Below, piece after piece: positions 43,770 through 54,338 of a DNA stretch of 57,243 bases. Within the stretch, counting starts at the first letter, position 1, and every line of letters begins with the position of its first letter. This stretch comes from an uncultured Candidatus Sumerlaeota bacterium (lineage in GTDB: Bacteria; Sumerlaeota; Sumerlaeia; UBA8349): contig CAYWYC010000003.1 in assembly GCA_964462565.1 (NCBI GenBank), positions 1 to 57,243 of the forward strand, given 5' to 3'. A program made the position numbers and the translations under genes. The notes under the pieces are model-generated. The model was not told where the DNA came from, ran no database searches, and was given only the letters and a program-made list of their open reading frames with translations.

Positions 43770-45482
43770 CTATTTATCATCTGCTACGGTTGCGCCTACC
43801 ACTTCTTCGATCGTGGTAACTCCTGCCTTGACCTTGCGGATGCCTGCCAGGCGCAGACTCTGCATCCCTTCCTGGATGGCGATTCGCTTCAACTGGGTAG
43901 AAGAAACCCCTTCGATTATCTTGTCCCGCAGGTTATCGGTCACTGTCATCATCTCGTAAAGAGCCACACGTCCTTTGTATCCGGTTCCCGAACAGACATT
44001 ACATCCCTCGCCTTTATAAAATTTCGAATCGGAATCGGTAATACCGATGAGTTGCTTCATATCTTCATGCGGCTCGTATTCCTCCCGGCATTCGCTGCAA
44101 ATCCGGCGAACCAGACGCTGGGCCACCACCAGGTTCAGCGATGCCGTAATCAGAAACGGCTCCACCCCCATGTTGATCATACGGTTGATCGTACTGGGGG
44201 CATCGTTTGTATGCAAAGTGCTGAAAACCAAATGGCCCGTCAGGGCCGCCTTCACGGCAACCTCGACGGTCTCGAGGTCACGAATTTCACCGACCATCAC
44301 CACATCCGGGTCCTGCCGCAAAAAAGCACGAAGCCCTTCGGCAAAGGTCAAGCCGATCTCTTCGCGTGCCGCAACCTGATTGATGCCCGGCAGCTGGTAT
44401 TCCACCGGGTCTTCAATCGTACTGATATTTATCGTCGGTTTGTTGATGGTAGTTAAGGCCGAATAAAGCGTCGTCGATTTACCACTACCCGTCGGGCCGG
44501 TCACCAGCACCATGCCCCAGGGCTTATGAATCTCCGTGGTCAGTTTGCTCATTTCATCTTCTTCCAAACCAAGATCGGTCAGGTTGAGCATCAGGTTGCC
44601 CTGATCCAGAATACGAATCACGATCTTTTCGCCATTGGCTACGGGGATGGAGTTGACACGAAAGTCCACATCCTTACCCTCGAAGCGCACGCGAAAACGT
44701 CCGTCCTGGGGCAGGCGTCTTTCGGCAATATCCATCTCCGACAGAATCTTGATACGCGAGATAATGGCGTTCTGGAAGCGCTTGGGAGGACTTGGGCGCT
44801 CGATCAGTACGCCGTCCTGGCGAAAACGCAGACGCAATTTCTTTTCATAAGGCTCGACATGAATATCGGAAACATGGTTGCGGATGGCTTCGCTGATGAT
44901 CGCGTTGACCAGTTTGATAACAGGCGCGTCATTCACCTGCGCGTTCAGGTCCACATCGTCGTCGTCGTCGGAATCCTGGACGATTTCCATATTCTTGTCG
45001 GAGATCTCATCCAGCATCTGCTCCAGGTTTCCACCTTCTTCGGAGTCCCCGGAAAAATAACGATTGATCGTTTCGCGGATATCATTTTCAAAACTGATCA
45101 CCGGGACAATCTGGCATTTGGTCAGCAGGCGCAGTTCATCAAGGATGAAAATATTGTTCGGATCCGGCAGCGCCACAGTCAACGTGTCGCCTGTCTTATC
45201 CACCGGAACGATATTATACTTCAGAATGATTTCTTTGGGGATCGATTCCAGGACTTCCTGGTCAATCTCGTATTGGGAGAGCGTAATAAAGGGAACGTTG
45301 AGCTGCTTGCCGAGGGTGGCGGCAATATCCCATTCGGTAGCCACACCCATTTCCATCAGAATCTTGCCCAGACTCTGGCCCGATTCCTGTTGCGTCTCCA
45401 AGGCCTGATGGAGCGTGCCATCGTCAATAATGCCATCTTTGACAAGCAGGTCACCGAGTTTTTCTTCCATCGAGATTGGCAT
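43770..45482 (-). CDS. pilB: Type IV pilus assembly ATPase (PilB/GspE family)
   Basis: N-terminal GspE_N/MshEN-like domain, Walker A GPTGSGKSTT, C-terminal CxxC...CxxC zinc motif. Confidence 0.9.
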   Translation of the reverse strand: MPISMEEKLGDLLVKDGIIDDGTLHQALETQQESGQSLGKILMEMGVATEWDIAATLGKQLNVPFITLSQYEIDQEVLESIPKEIILKYNIVPVDKTGDTLTVALPDPNNIFILDELRLLTKCQIVPVISFENDIRETINRYFSGDSEEGGNLEQMLDEISDKNMEIVQDSDDDDDVDLNAQVNDAPVIKLVNAIISEAIRNHVSDIHVEPYEKKLRLRFRQDGVLIERPSPPKRFQNAIISRIKILSEMDIAERRLPQDGRFRVRFEGKDVDFRVNSIPVANGEKIVIRILDQGNLMLNLTDLGLEEDEMSKLTTEIHKPWGMVLVTGPTGSGKSTTLYSALTTINKPTINISTIEDPVEYQLPGINQVAAREEIGLTFAEGLRAFLRQDPDVVMVGEIRDLETVEVAVKAALTGHLVFSTLHTNDAPSTINRMINMGVEPFLITASLNLVVAQRLVRRICSECREEYEPHEDMKQLIGITDSDSKFYKGEGCNVCSGTGYKGRVALYEMMTVTDNLRDKIIEGVSSTQLKRIAIQEGMQSLRLAGIRKVKAGVTTIEEVVGATVADDK

Positions 45483-45818
45483 ATTCAGTCACTGTCTCAG
45501 CATGATCTATCGTAGATTTAGCACCGCAACATAATCCGGCGCCCACATCCGCTCAACTATTATCGCTTCGGGTCGAAAACGTTATAATCCATGCTGCATT
45601 ATGCCGGTTCAGCAACATTCTAAATGCAATACCGGCCTGGCAGGTTCCCGACTTTGCCTTGCTTTCGCTTGACAATATGGACGCGGGAACAAACTCTCCC
45701 CCAAAGCGGATGGAAGTTTTAAGAAGCGAATTCCGAACATTCCGATTCTCTCAGATTATCCCCTCGGAACCGACTCATTGCTTCCATCTCGTTTTTCTTA
45801 TCGGAAAAAAAACCGTAT

Positions 45819-46754
45819 TCATAAACCTTCTTGATCAAAAATATCGAGTTGAGCGGAATCCCCTGTCTTCGCCTGAAAAGGCTTGGCTTGGACCTGGGGG
45901 TAGTTTTGCAGAAGGCAGGAGGGGGCCACAGGCGGCCTATGGAACATATCCGACATGATTTGCAGGGCATTGGCCGGGGCCTGACCCCGGTAATGGTTGT
46001 TTGCCACCACGATCAGATCCTGCACCTGTTTGCCCAGGGAATCGAGGGTGGCTTCCACTTCATCCAGTTCCTGACGGGAATAGAGATAATCGTAGCGATC
46101 AGAGGCTTTTGCGTTGTTGCCGAACCAGTTGGAATAATTACGACCGTGGAGACGCAGATAGCCAAATTCGGAGGTGCAAATATCAGTCAAGGGGATGCCA
46201 TCGCTCAGAAGGGGCTGGTCGATATTGCAGAAGGCGCAGTTGCGGCTTGTCAGGAAATCAAAGAAGGCCCTGTTATTCCAGCTGTTGTGTCGAATCTCAA
46301 TGGCGCAGGGCAGGCCGCCGAATATGTCAATCAATTGGCTGATCTGGCCGCGGTTTGTATCATTGTTGCGAAAGGACCAGGGGAACTGCATGAGCAGGGC
46401 GGCCAGCTTTCCCTGATCCGCAAAGCGTTGGCACATATCCCGGATGCTGTCAATTTCCTTACGGGGCAAGGTTTTGGGCTGCTCATGGGTCAGGCCCTTC
46501 CAGAGTTTCAGGGAGAAGCGGAAATCGGAATTCTGATCCACCTGGGCGCACCACTTATCGGCCAAGGTGGGAGGCATAACGCGATAGAAAGTGGCGTCTA
46601 TTTCCACCAGATTGAAAAAGCGGCTGTACCATCGAAGCGGGGTCTCTCCACGAGGCATGGATTGGGGATAGAAAATGCCCTTCCAGTCATCGTAGGACCA
46701 TCCCGCCGTGCCGATCCAGTAGCGTGGAGTATTCGGAATATCGGGCTGGGGCAT
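45819..46754 (-). CDS. DUF72 domain-containing protein
   Basis: WIGTAGWSYDDWKGIFYP signature N-terminus. Confidence 0.85.
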   Translation of the reverse strand: MPQPDIPNTPRYWIGTAGWSYDDWKGIFYPQSMPRGETPLRWYSRFFNLVEIDATFYRVMPPTLADKWCAQVDQNSDFRFSLKLWKGLTHEQPKTLPRKEIDSIRDMCQRFADQGKLAALLMQFPWSFRNNDTNRGQISQLIDIFGGLPCAIEIRHNSWNNRAFFDFLTSRNCAFCNIDQPLLSDGIPLTDICTSEFGYLRLHGRNYSNWFGNNAKASDRYDYLYSRQELDEVEATLDSLGKQVQDLIVVANNHYRGQAPANALQIMSDMFHRPPVAPSCLLQNYPQVQAKPFQAKTGDSAQLDIFDQEGL

Positions 46755-46784
46755 GATGGTAAGCCTTTTCCCGGAATCGCGGAT

Positions 46785-47234
46785 TTATGGTTTCGGCGGG
46801 TCCGATTTCTGGTCGAAGTCCTTTTGTTTGAATGCCTGGGCCAGTTTGTCCAGAATGCCGTTCACGAACTGAAAGGATTCGTCCGTGCCGAATTGCTTGG
46901 CCAGTTCGATATATTCATTGAGAGTGACGCGCAATGGAATATCCTCAAAATCCCGCATTTCGCACAAGGCCAGGCGCAGGATAATCAAGTCGATCCTGGA
47001 TAGACGTTCGATGCGCCAGTTTTGCAGGACCTTCTTGATTTCCTCGTCAAGAGTCTTCACATCCCCGATGACGGCATAGGTCAGCTCACGGCAGAAGGTG
47101 GTCCAGTACTCTTTGGATACGTTTTGCGTCTGCTGCAGGCGCTTGACGATATCCTCGGGAGGTTCTTTCATGTATTCCCGCGCATAGAGCACCTGGAGGG
47201 CCAGTTGCCGGGACCGATGTCGATGTTTACCCAA
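46785..47234 (-). CDS. nusB: Transcription antitermination factor NusB
   Basis: RSRQLALQVLYA..., IDLIILRLALCEM, NEYIELAKQFGTDESFQFVNGILDKL. Confidence 0.9.
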   Translation of the reverse strand: MGKHRHRSRQLALQVLYAREYMKEPPEDIVKRLQQTQNVSKEYWTTFCRELTYAVIGDVKTLDEEIKKVLQNWRIERLSRIDLIILRLALCEMRDFEDIPLRVTLNEYIELAKQFGTDESFQFVNGILDKLAQAFKQKDFDQKSDPPKP

Positions 47235-47254
47235 AAATCTGCTTCCTTTCGCTG

Positions 47255-48487
47255 TCAGTTGTTTTTCTGGTCTTCTTCGGCAAAATAGTCGAGGATGGAA
47301 TTGGCAATCAGGCGCGCCAGACGATCCTGAAATTCCGAGTTTGCCAGATATTTTCGTTCCACGTTATGGTCGATAAATCCGGCTTCGATCAGGATAGCGG
47401 GCATCACGCGATTCATCAGTACCCGAAAAGCCGCCTTTTTTATCCCGCGGTTGTACTTCTGGTAATAGGCATCCTGCAGAAAACGCCTCTGGAAAGACCC
47501 GCAGGCCCGGATACCCGCGTCCTGGTGTTCTTCCAGAAATTCCTGCACCAGCTGCTTCATGATGATATCCCACTGCCGGGAAAGCTCGGGGTCCAGTTTG
47601 GTTTCGTCCTCGCGGTTTTCCGCTTCCGTAATGCCGCGTGTGTCGGGGTTGGACGTGCGGCTCAAATAGTAAAACTCGATGCCCCTTGCAACTTTACTCC
47701 CCTTTCGGTGGTAGCGGGCCGCATTCATGTGGATGCTCACAAAGAGATCGCGATCGCTTCCGATTTTTTCGGCAAATTCGAGCCGCTTGTGCAGGCTCAT
47801 GTACACATCCTTGTTGCGAGTCAAATGCACTTCGACCTTGGGGTTATTGCTCAGGATGGCCTGCACTTTCTTCGCGATGCTGAGCGTGATGTCTTTTTCT
47901 TCCAGCCTTCCCCGGCCTTTGCCCGAAACCGCCCCCGGGTCCGAGCCGCCGTGGCCCGGGTCCAGAATCACCTTCCGCTTGCTTGACAATAGCGCCGGTA
48001 GCGCCACCGAGGCATTCTGCGATACTTCTATGACGAGCCGGTCCGTCTTTTGCATGGCGGGTACAAACTGCTTTTCCTGAAGCGTGCCGATGGGATAGAC
48101 ATATTTGCTTGCCTGATCATAAACACGAAACTGGCCTTTGCGCGTGGGGAAAAAGACGAAGCGGATGACCCCGCTTGATTTGTAATGCTGAATGCGCAGG
48201 GCCTTGAGCGCGTTGCTGCGGGCGGCGAAGTTTTTTTCGTCAAAGTCCGCCGCTGCCCCGTAGGCGTCGATAAAGAAAAAGGGATCGGCGTTCGACAAGC
48301 CATCCACCACACGAATGTCCACCGCCTTGGGAAAATGGACCACCGCCCGGCTGAAGGAAGACTTGTGGTAGAGGGTGATATCTTCTTCCGTCAGGCTGTT
48401 TGCCGCAAAAACGGAATGCAATAAAACGGCAAAAAAAAGAGCAAGGCCCATAAACAGGGCCTTATATCTGATTCGGTGGGTACGCAT
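47255..48487 (-). CDS. N-acetylmuramoyl-L-alanine amidase (Amidase_3, AMIN-like N-terminal domain)
   Basis: VILDPGHGGSDPGA, EKDITLSIA and FVSIHMNA. The start at 48487 gives the signal peptide MRTHRIRYKALFMGLALFFAVLLHSVFA and avoids overlap with the upstream gene. Confidence 0.85.
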   Translation of the reverse strand: MRTHRIRYKALFMGLALFFAVLLHSVFAANSLTEEDITLYHKSSFSRAVVHFPKAVDIRVVDGLSNADPFFFIDAYGAAADFDEKNFAARSNALKALRIQHYKSSGVIRFVFFPTRKGQFRVYDQASKYVYPIGTLQEKQFVPAMQKTDRLVIEVSQNASVALPALLSSKRKVILDPGHGGSDPGAVSGKGRGRLEEKDITLSIAKKVQAILSNNPKVEVHLTRNKDVYMSLHKRLEFAEKIGSDRDLFVSIHMNAARYHRKGSKVARGIEFYYLSRTSNPDTRGITEAENREDETKLDPELSRQWDIIMKQLVQEFLEEHQDAGIRACGSFQRRFLQDAYYQKYNRGIKKAAFRVLMNRVMPAILIEAGFIDHNVERKYLANSEFQDRLARLIANSILDYFAEEDQKNN

Positions 48488-48512
48488 GGATTCTCGAATC
48501 GCCGCAGAAATC

Positions 48513-48995
48513 TCAGATTTCGGACAGGTGTTGCTCGATCTGCTTCTTTTCTTCCTCATCTTCTATCATGCCCATATATTGCTCATAATATTGGCGTGCT
48601 TTGTCCTTTTTGTTCTGTTTTTCATAAAGAACGCCCAGATTAAAAACCGCGCGCAGTAATTCGGGATCCATCTCCAGGGCCTTGGTCATGAGTTTTTCGG
48701 CCTTGGCGTAGTCTTCCTGCATGGCATAGGCCGTGCCCAGGTTGAAAAAATCCACCGCCGAATCCGGTTCAAGGCCCAGCTTTTCCTCAAACATGACGCG
48801 TTCTTCGGGGGGCAAAGAGTGGAAAAAGGCAAAGCCAAAGCGTTCCAATGTTTTGTTCAAGTCGGATTTCATGCTCTTGGCATAAATTCCGCATTGCCGG
48901 TCGAATAGATTGGAAGGCGGGGCCGGGGCCGTGGCCTGTGCCTGCTCGCTCGATTCCGTGTTTTCCTGCTTTTCCATCGTTTCCTCGGTAGTCAT
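48513..48995 (-). CDS. TPR repeat protein
   Basis: FFNLGTAYAMQEDYAKAEKLMTKALEMDPELLRAVFNLGVLYEKQNKKDKARQYYEQY. Confidence 0.7.
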   Translation of the reverse strand: MTTEETMEKQENTESSEQAQATAPAPPSNLFDRQCGIYAKSMKSDLNKTLERFGFAFFHSLPPEERVMFEEKLGLEPDSAVDFFNLGTAYAMQEDYAKAEKLMTKALEMDPELLRAVFNLGVLYEKQNKKDKARQYYEQYMGMIEDEEEKKQIEQHLSEI

Positions 48996-49057
48996 CTTGT
49001 TACACCTTCTCCTTGCCTGACATGCTTTCGGGTGCGCGGGATTTCCCCCGGCACTCC

Positions 49058-49438
49058 TTATTTCGACATCAATGTTTTTTCTATAACACCCTGCACCTGC
49101 TCGGGTTCAAAGGGTTTCTGGATATAATCCACGGCACCGGCCTGAATAGCCTTGTCCACCATGTCGCTCTTGGCGGCGGCAGTCAGCATAATCACCGGAA
49201 TGTCCTTGATGGCGTCGTCTGCTTTCATCTGGCGCACGACTTCAATCCCGTCGATCAGGGGCATCATGATATCCATCAGCACCAAGTCGGGCTTTGATTC
49301 TCGGATTTTCTCGATAGCGTCGAGTCCGTCGTAAGCGCTGACCACATCATAGCCCGCCGCTTCCAGAAACATCTCCAACACCGATTTGATGTCTTCTTCG
49401 TCGTCCGCTACCATAATCACCGGCTTTTTCTCGCTCAT
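49058..49438 (-). CDS. Single-domain response regulator (CheY-like)
   Basis: VIMVADDEEDI, DLVLMDIMMPLIDG, VIMLTA and YIQKPF. Confidence 0.9.
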   Translation of the reverse strand: MSEKKPVIMVADDEEDIKSVLEMFLEAAGYDVVSAYDGLDAIEKIRESKPDLVLMDIMMPLIDGIEVVRQMKADDAIKDIPVIMLTAAAKSDMVDKAIQAGAVDYIQKPFEPEQVQGVIEKTLMSK

Positions 49439-49637
49439 GGGTCCGCTCCTTGTTGTATGTTCCGTGTTTCTGCCCGGAAACAAAGATATTGATTTGAAAC
49501 ACATCTCAGCCTATAAGTCAATAAAACAAATCGGGAAAGCGGCTGAATTTCTTGATCTTTTGCATGCGAAATTTCTTTTTCCCCCGACTTCTTCTTCTTT
49601 TCCTAAAACAAACTGCTTTCGTTTTCAAGGAATCCTT

Positions 49638-51359
49638 TTATTCTTTCGCGGATTCTTTGTCGTCGGCATTGGACTCTTCTTCCAGAATGATGTTACTTTC
49701 GGGAAGCAGCACCTTCATTCGGGTCCCGTTCTTGAAATCCGGGTCGACTAATATTTCGCCCCGATGCTTCCGCAGGATTTCCCGGCACAAATACAGACCC
49801 AGGCCTGTGCCCCCGCTATCGCGGGTGAGGGTGCCGTCAGCCTGATAAAATCGGGTGAAAATCTTTTCACGGAGTTCCTGCGGGATTTCCCGGCCTGAAT
49901 TGGCCACCTGGAGCACCCACATTCCTCCCTTGTTCTTCGTCTGGATTTTGATGCTGCCGCCTTCCTGGGTAAATTTCACCGCGTTCTCGATCAAGTGGTC
50001 CACCACCTGGCCGAAACGGCTTTCATCGACGTAAAGTTCGTATTTTTCGGCATCGAAATCCATGGTCCATTCGATGTCTTTTTCAAATTCGGCCGCCTCA
50101 AAACGCTTGGCCACGCGCGATACCAACTCGTGCAGGTCCACCCGCTTGGGATAGAGGTTCAAGTTGTCCGATTCCAGGTCCATCACGTCGAGAATATTAT
50201 TCACCAGTCGCGCCAGGCGGTCGCTGTTGCGATGGAGGATCGCGAACAGGCGGTCGGCCTTTTGGCGCATGTCGGGCGGCGCCATCTGGTTGAGCAGGTG
50301 GATCGCGCCCTTGATCGATGCCAGCGGTGTGCGCAGTTCATGGGAAATAATAGAAAGAAATGTCGATTTCAGTTGATCGCTGCGGCGCAGTTCGCCCAGT
50401 TCCTGCATCTGCTGCAGGTCTTCCACCAGAAAAAGCACGTGGTTTTGTTCGAGAGCAGCCAGGTCTTCCGCTTCCAGAGCCGAAATACGGACCGAGTGCG
50501 TTTCGCCGTCTATCGATTCAGGTACCTGGAATTCCGCGCTGTACGATTGCCCGCCCCGTCCGATCTGGTTCAGTGCCTTGGAAATATGCGGCTTGATGAG
50601 TTCGTGAAAATATTCTTTCCAGGGTCGGTTCAGTTCCGCATCAGGGTCCACGCTCAGATACTGGCGGGCCGCTTTGTTGCACAGGGAGAGACGGCCTTGA
50701 GCGTTGATGGTGAACATGCCAAGGGGCAGACCGTCAAAAACATGGGAAAGGTGCTCGCGTGCTTCGCGCGTCCGCACCCACAGATAATGGCTGCTCACTG
50801 CGGAAGCGATCAATCGCGCGATCGCTTCGAGCATTTCCAGGTCGATGGCCGTCAGCATCCGTTTCTTGACATGATCGGTAATGTTAATCACGCCCAGAAC
50901 CGACTTGCCCGATTGCAGGGGAACACTGATAAAGGAATCCGTCTCATAGCGCTTGGCCGTCGGGACGCCCTTGTCCCGGGCGGATTCGCCCTCCTTCAGT
51001 TCTTCCTTCTGGTGAACCCGGCTTTCCGAAACCATGATAGGCCGTCCCGTAAGGGCTACCCTGCCGGCAATGCCTTTGCCCCGTTCCACACGTATCTGGC
51101 TCCATTCCTCTTGGGGAATCGTAGTCGAAGCACGCAGGACCAGTGCGTTGTCATTCGAATCAATCAGCATGATCGAGCAATTTTTCACCAGCAGAACCGA
51201 TTGAATGACCTGGACCGAAGAAAGAACCAGATCGTCGATGTTCGTTGTCTGGGCGATAATTTTGCTGAGATTGGAAAACAACTCCAGATATGACCTTTGG
51301 GAGATCTGGGCCGTACTCATATATCTGGGTGGAGAATTGGGCATCATAATGGAATGCAT
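49638..51359 (-). CDS. Cytoplasmic GAF-PAS sensor histidine kinase
   Basis: GAF-like N-terminus, H-box SHELRTPLASIKG, and HATPase motifs (NAVKFT, NSGREIP, GGTGLGLYL). Confidence 0.9.
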   Translation of the reverse strand: MHSIMMPNSPPRYMSTAQISQRSYLELFSNLSKIIAQTTNIDDLVLSSVQVIQSVLLVKNCSIMLIDSNDNALVLRASTTIPQEEWSQIRVERGKGIAGRVALTGRPIMVSESRVHQKEELKEGESARDKGVPTAKRYETDSFISVPLQSGKSVLGVINITDHVKKRMLTAIDLEMLEAIARLIASAVSSHYLWVRTREAREHLSHVFDGLPLGMFTINAQGRLSLCNKAARQYLSVDPDAELNRPWKEYFHELIKPHISKALNQIGRGGQSYSAEFQVPESIDGETHSVRISALEAEDLAALEQNHVLFLVEDLQQMQELGELRRSDQLKSTFLSIISHELRTPLASIKGAIHLLNQMAPPDMRQKADRLFAILHRNSDRLARLVNNILDVMDLESDNLNLYPKRVDLHELVSRVAKRFEAAEFEKDIEWTMDFDAEKYELYVDESRFGQVVDHLIENAVKFTQEGGSIKIQTKNKGGMWVLQVANSGREIPQELREKIFTRFYQADGTLTRDSGGTGLGLYLCREILRKHRGEILVDPDFKNGTRMKVLLPESNIILEEESNADDKESAKE

Positions 51360-51603
51360 ATACTACAAAAGTGGGCTATACTCAAGAGAACCAAGGCTCT
51401 TCTATTCATTGTTACCCGACACTGTCCCATATTGCAACTAAATTGGCATTTTTATTGGAAATGAAGGGCTATATTTCGTAAATTAGTAATGGATGTCAAT
51501 TTTTCATTCGGTGTATTATGTCGCACGCTTTTTATGTCTCAGTTTATCGGCAGAATGCATTCGTCTGACGCAAATATATAGGAAGGTTCCGGCCGTGGAC
51601 TTA

Positions 51604-51990
51604 ATGGTCTTAAATCACCTGGTCAAATGGGTTATCCTGGTTCTGTTTTTTTTGCTGCTGACCAATTTTTTCCGCGACAGTATTTCCGTGGAAGGGATGA
51701 TGGGATTTGGCGTATTGCTGCTGCTGATTGTGCCCATCAATCTTTTTACCAAGTCCTATGTCGAAGCGAATCTGGAGATCGGCTTTGATCCCGCTATCGT
51801 GGCGGAAATCGGCATGCTGGTGATCCTGAACCTTTTTCTCATTTATACGGTCAGCCATTTCATTCCGGGCATCGAGATTGAAGGCTTTGTGGCCCTGATC
51901 ATGTTTTGTATCGTTTTTTCGGCGGTGTCATTTTTCGTCCACCGCATTCCCGACCTGCCCCAGATCGAGGCCTTTTCCCGGCAATACTGA
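51604..51990 (+). CDS. DUF360/phage-holin-4_2-like small membrane protein (start uncertain)
   Basis: Four hydrophobic segments. VSHFIPGIEIEGFVALIMFCIVFSAVSFF resembles the family's L.PG..V.GF motif. The track start at 51493 adds 37 non-TM residues. Confidence 0.55.
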   Translation: MVLNHLVKWVILVLFFLLLTNFFRDSISVEGMMGFGVLLLLIVPINLFTKSYVEANLEIGFDPAIVAEIGMLVILNLFLIYTVSHFIPGIEIEGFVALIMFCIVFSAVSFFVHRIPDLPQIEAFSRQY

Positions 51991-52008
51991 CATCGCCTAT
52001 TTCTGGTA

Positions 52009-53253
52009 TCACGCTTTTCCCCCACCTTTATAGAAATCCAGCAGGGCGGGGAATACGGCGGTGTTGCTGCATTGTTCGCGGGCGAACTGGCGGGTGCGGG
52101 CGGAGAGTTTACGGCGAAGTTCCGGATTTTCGATAAGGCGTTTCATCGCATCGGCCAGTGCGTCGGCATCGCCAATGGGATAAACCAGACAATTCTCATC
52201 AGGATGGAGAACATCATTGGTGCCGCCGGTCAGGGTTCCGATTACGGGCAGTCCCGCGGCAAAGGCTTCGATGATCGTTCCGGGCAGTCCCTCGTGGACT
52301 TCGGAAGTGAAGAGAAATACATCATGGTCGCGATACTGCCGGGGCATTTCGGAATAGGGCAGGGATCCGAGATAACGGATTTTGTCCTTCCAGGCAGCCT
52401 TATCCAGCCGCGGCTGAAAAAGGCCCGATTCGTCTTCCGTATCAAGGGGACCGCAAAAATCGATGGTCCATCCTTCAGGTTGATCAGCGTAGAGCATGTC
52501 AATGGCGTCAAGCGTCGTGACCAGTCCCTTTCCCCGACAGAGCCTGCCGGCCCACAGAAATCGCACGGGGCTTTCCGGATCGTTATCACGGTTCCAGTCA
52601 ATATGGGCAAAGTCGGCGGGGTCGTAGGTAATATAGGAAATGTGGCGGTTCGGGATCTCAACGCCCTTTTTGCGGACCAGGCCCTCCAAGGCGCGCGAAA
52701 CAAATACGGCGTTTTGCGGATTCCAGTCGCGAACGTCGGGAACGTAGAGGGCATGATAAATGGCTCGAAACGGAGGTTTCAACATTCGCGCCCAAAAGGA
52801 GTCCGGCTTTTTCGCCCAGAACTGAGGCAGGCCATTGGCTTCACGAAATTCCGAAAGCCATTCGTCCATCAGGTGATAGACCAGACGACAATCGCTCTGC
52901 TGGGCTTCCATCACGATGCTCGACGCCAACTTGCGCATGTTCCACAGAACGACCGTTTCCGGCTGAAACTCGGCCAGGTGGCGACGGAAGATACGCAGGT
53001 CCTGCCATTCCCGTTTCCAATACCCCATATCGGTGATGTCTGTCCAGTAGCGGAGGGTCAGGTCACGATAGACGCGCGGTTTTTCCTGGGAAGGGTTTTC
53101 GTCATCCTCCACGTCATCCCGACGGAAGTCCCCCGTCAGAATGCGAACGTCATGGCCCTGCTCCGCCAACCAGTCGGCCACGCGTCCGCAATGCAGTTCA
53201 TAGCCGCCGACAAAATGGGGAGGATAGTAGTTTGTGACGAAAAGAATACGCAT
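52009..53253 (-). CDS. Glycosyltransferase family 4
   Basis: MRILFVTNYYPPHFVGGYELH and FTSEVHEGLPGTIIEAFAAGLPVIGT (EX7E). Confidence 0.9.
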   Translation of the reverse strand: MRILFVTNYYPPHFVGGYELHCGRVADWLAEQGHDVRILTGDFRRDDVEDDENPSQEKPRVYRDLTLRYWTDITDMGYWKREWQDLRIFRRHLAEFQPETVVLWNMRKLASSIVMEAQQSDCRLVYHLMDEWLSEFREANGLPQFWAKKPDSFWARMLKPPFRAIYHALYVPDVRDWNPQNAVFVSRALEGLVRKKGVEIPNRHISYITYDPADFAHIDWNRDNDPESPVRFLWAGRLCRGKGLVTTLDAIDMLYADQPEGWTIDFCGPLDTEDESGLFQPRLDKAAWKDKIRYLGSLPYSEMPRQYRDHDVFLFTSEVHEGLPGTIIEAFAAGLPVIGTLTGGTNDVLHPDENCLVYPIGDADALADAMKRLIENPELRRKLSARTRQFAREQCSNTAVFPALLDFYKGGGKA

Positions 53254-53262
53254 AATCTTGCT

Positions 53263-53748
53263 TCAGCGCCAGACGCCTGCCGGAACCAGCCAGTGCAGGA
53301 TACCGGCGCGGGAAGTCGGAGAAGTGGCCTGTACCCAGGCGATGGATGCCGTCTGCATGCTGATTTTCGTGGAATCATCGTGACTGATGAAATAAGCCAG
53401 CAGACGGTTCACATGGGGCAGGTGGCCCACCAACAAAACCGGCCCTTCTGTGTGCAAGGCTGCTATCTCGCGCGCCGTATTCTGGGGCAGGGCCTCGCCC
53501 AGCATGTACTCTTCGAAAAGAATCGGGCCGTGATGGTCAAGGCCGTCGGCCATGATCTCCGCCGTTTGTCGCGCGCGCAGGTAGGGGCTGCTGATGATCG
53601 TATCAAAACGCGCGTCCAGAGCATAGAGTCCCGCCGCAACCCACGCCACCTGATCCCGTCCGGCATCCGACAAGGGACGCAGGGCGTCCTGGGGATAGAG
53701 CACCCCCTTGGGTTCAGCATCGCCATGACGCATGACACATATAAACAT
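53263..53748 (-). CDS. sixA: Phosphohistidine phosphatase SixA
   Basis: VMRHGDAE (RHG motif), SSPYLRARQTAEI and LLVGHLP. Confidence 0.8.
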   Translation of the reverse strand: MFICVMRHGDAEPKGVLYPQDALRPLSDAGRDQVAWVAAGLYALDARFDTIISSPYLRARQTAEIMADGLDHHGPILFEEYMLGEALPQNTAREIAALHTEGPVLLVGHLPHVNRLLAYFISHDDSTKISMQTASIAWVQATSPTSRAGILHWLVPAGVWR

Positions 53749-53765
53749 GGGCTTTCCTCAGTTCG

Positions 53766-54326
53766 TCATTTTGCGGAATCGCTCTGCAGGCGTTCGATGA
53801 TATCCTGGGCCTTTTGCACCAGTTCCTCGCGGCTTCCGGCGTTTTCCACGACCAGGCCTGCCATGTTTTTGCAGGCAAGTAATTGCTGGCTGTTGGGATC
53901 GTCGCTTTCGAGTTGGGCCTTTTCGGCAGCGGCAAAGCCCTCAAAACTTTCGTAGTCGCCTTTTCGGTTTCGTTGCAGGCTGCGTTCGTAACGAAGCTTG
54001 ATCGGAGCATCCACAAAGATCATCGTGAAATCCGGCCGCTGCTGCAAGGTCTCGACTTCCTTGCTGTGGCGGATGGACGTGACCACATAGCAATCGTCCT
54101 GGCCGATTTTTTCCAGCGCCCTTTGCGCCAGAACGCCAGGGCCGAATTCCGCGCGCAGGGCATTGCCCGTCAGCGTCAGATTTTCCAGGTTCACTTCCTT
54201 GCCCAATCGACGAATCTCATCGCGAATCATGTCGGAAAGCGAAATATGGCGGAGCCCCTTCTCCATGAGGATTTCGGCAAAGCTATCCTTACCGGCACAG
54301 AAAAAACCGGTCACTCCAATGATCAT
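53766..54326 (-). CDS. P-loop nucleotide kinase-like protein (dNMP-kinase / dephospho-CoA-kinase-like) with GKD Walker A
   Basis: MIIGVTGFFCAGKDSFAE. The GxxxxGKD variant recalls phage T4-type dNMP kinase (SGKDT). 186 aa. Confidence 0.6.
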   Translation of the reverse strand: MIIGVTGFFCAGKDSFAEILMEKGLRHISLSDMIRDEIRRLGKEVNLENLTLTGNALRAEFGPGVLAQRALEKIGQDDCYVVTSIRHSKEVETLQQRPDFTMIFVDAPIKLRYERSLQRNRKGDYESFEGFAAAEKAQLESDDPNSQQLLACKNMAGLVVENAGSREELVQKAQDIIERLQSDSAK

Positions 54327-54338
54327 GGCACAGCCTTT

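Noticed and set aside
45595-45636. Interleaved short complementary segments (tgcat/atgca and gccggt/accggc) suggesting a pseudoknot in the pilB upstream region
   Set aside because: The stems are only 5-6 bp and no covariation evidence is available. Chance is a plausible explanation.
51444-51459. TGGCATttttaTTGGA as a sigma54 promoter upstream of the DUF360-like gene
   Set aside because: The spacing is correct, but the critical -12 GC is GG. It is therefore only a near-match in an AT-rich spacer.
52072-53955. 627-aa plus-strand ORF
   Set aside because: It is antisense across the GT4, sixA and kinase genes, with the same shadow-ORF pattern.
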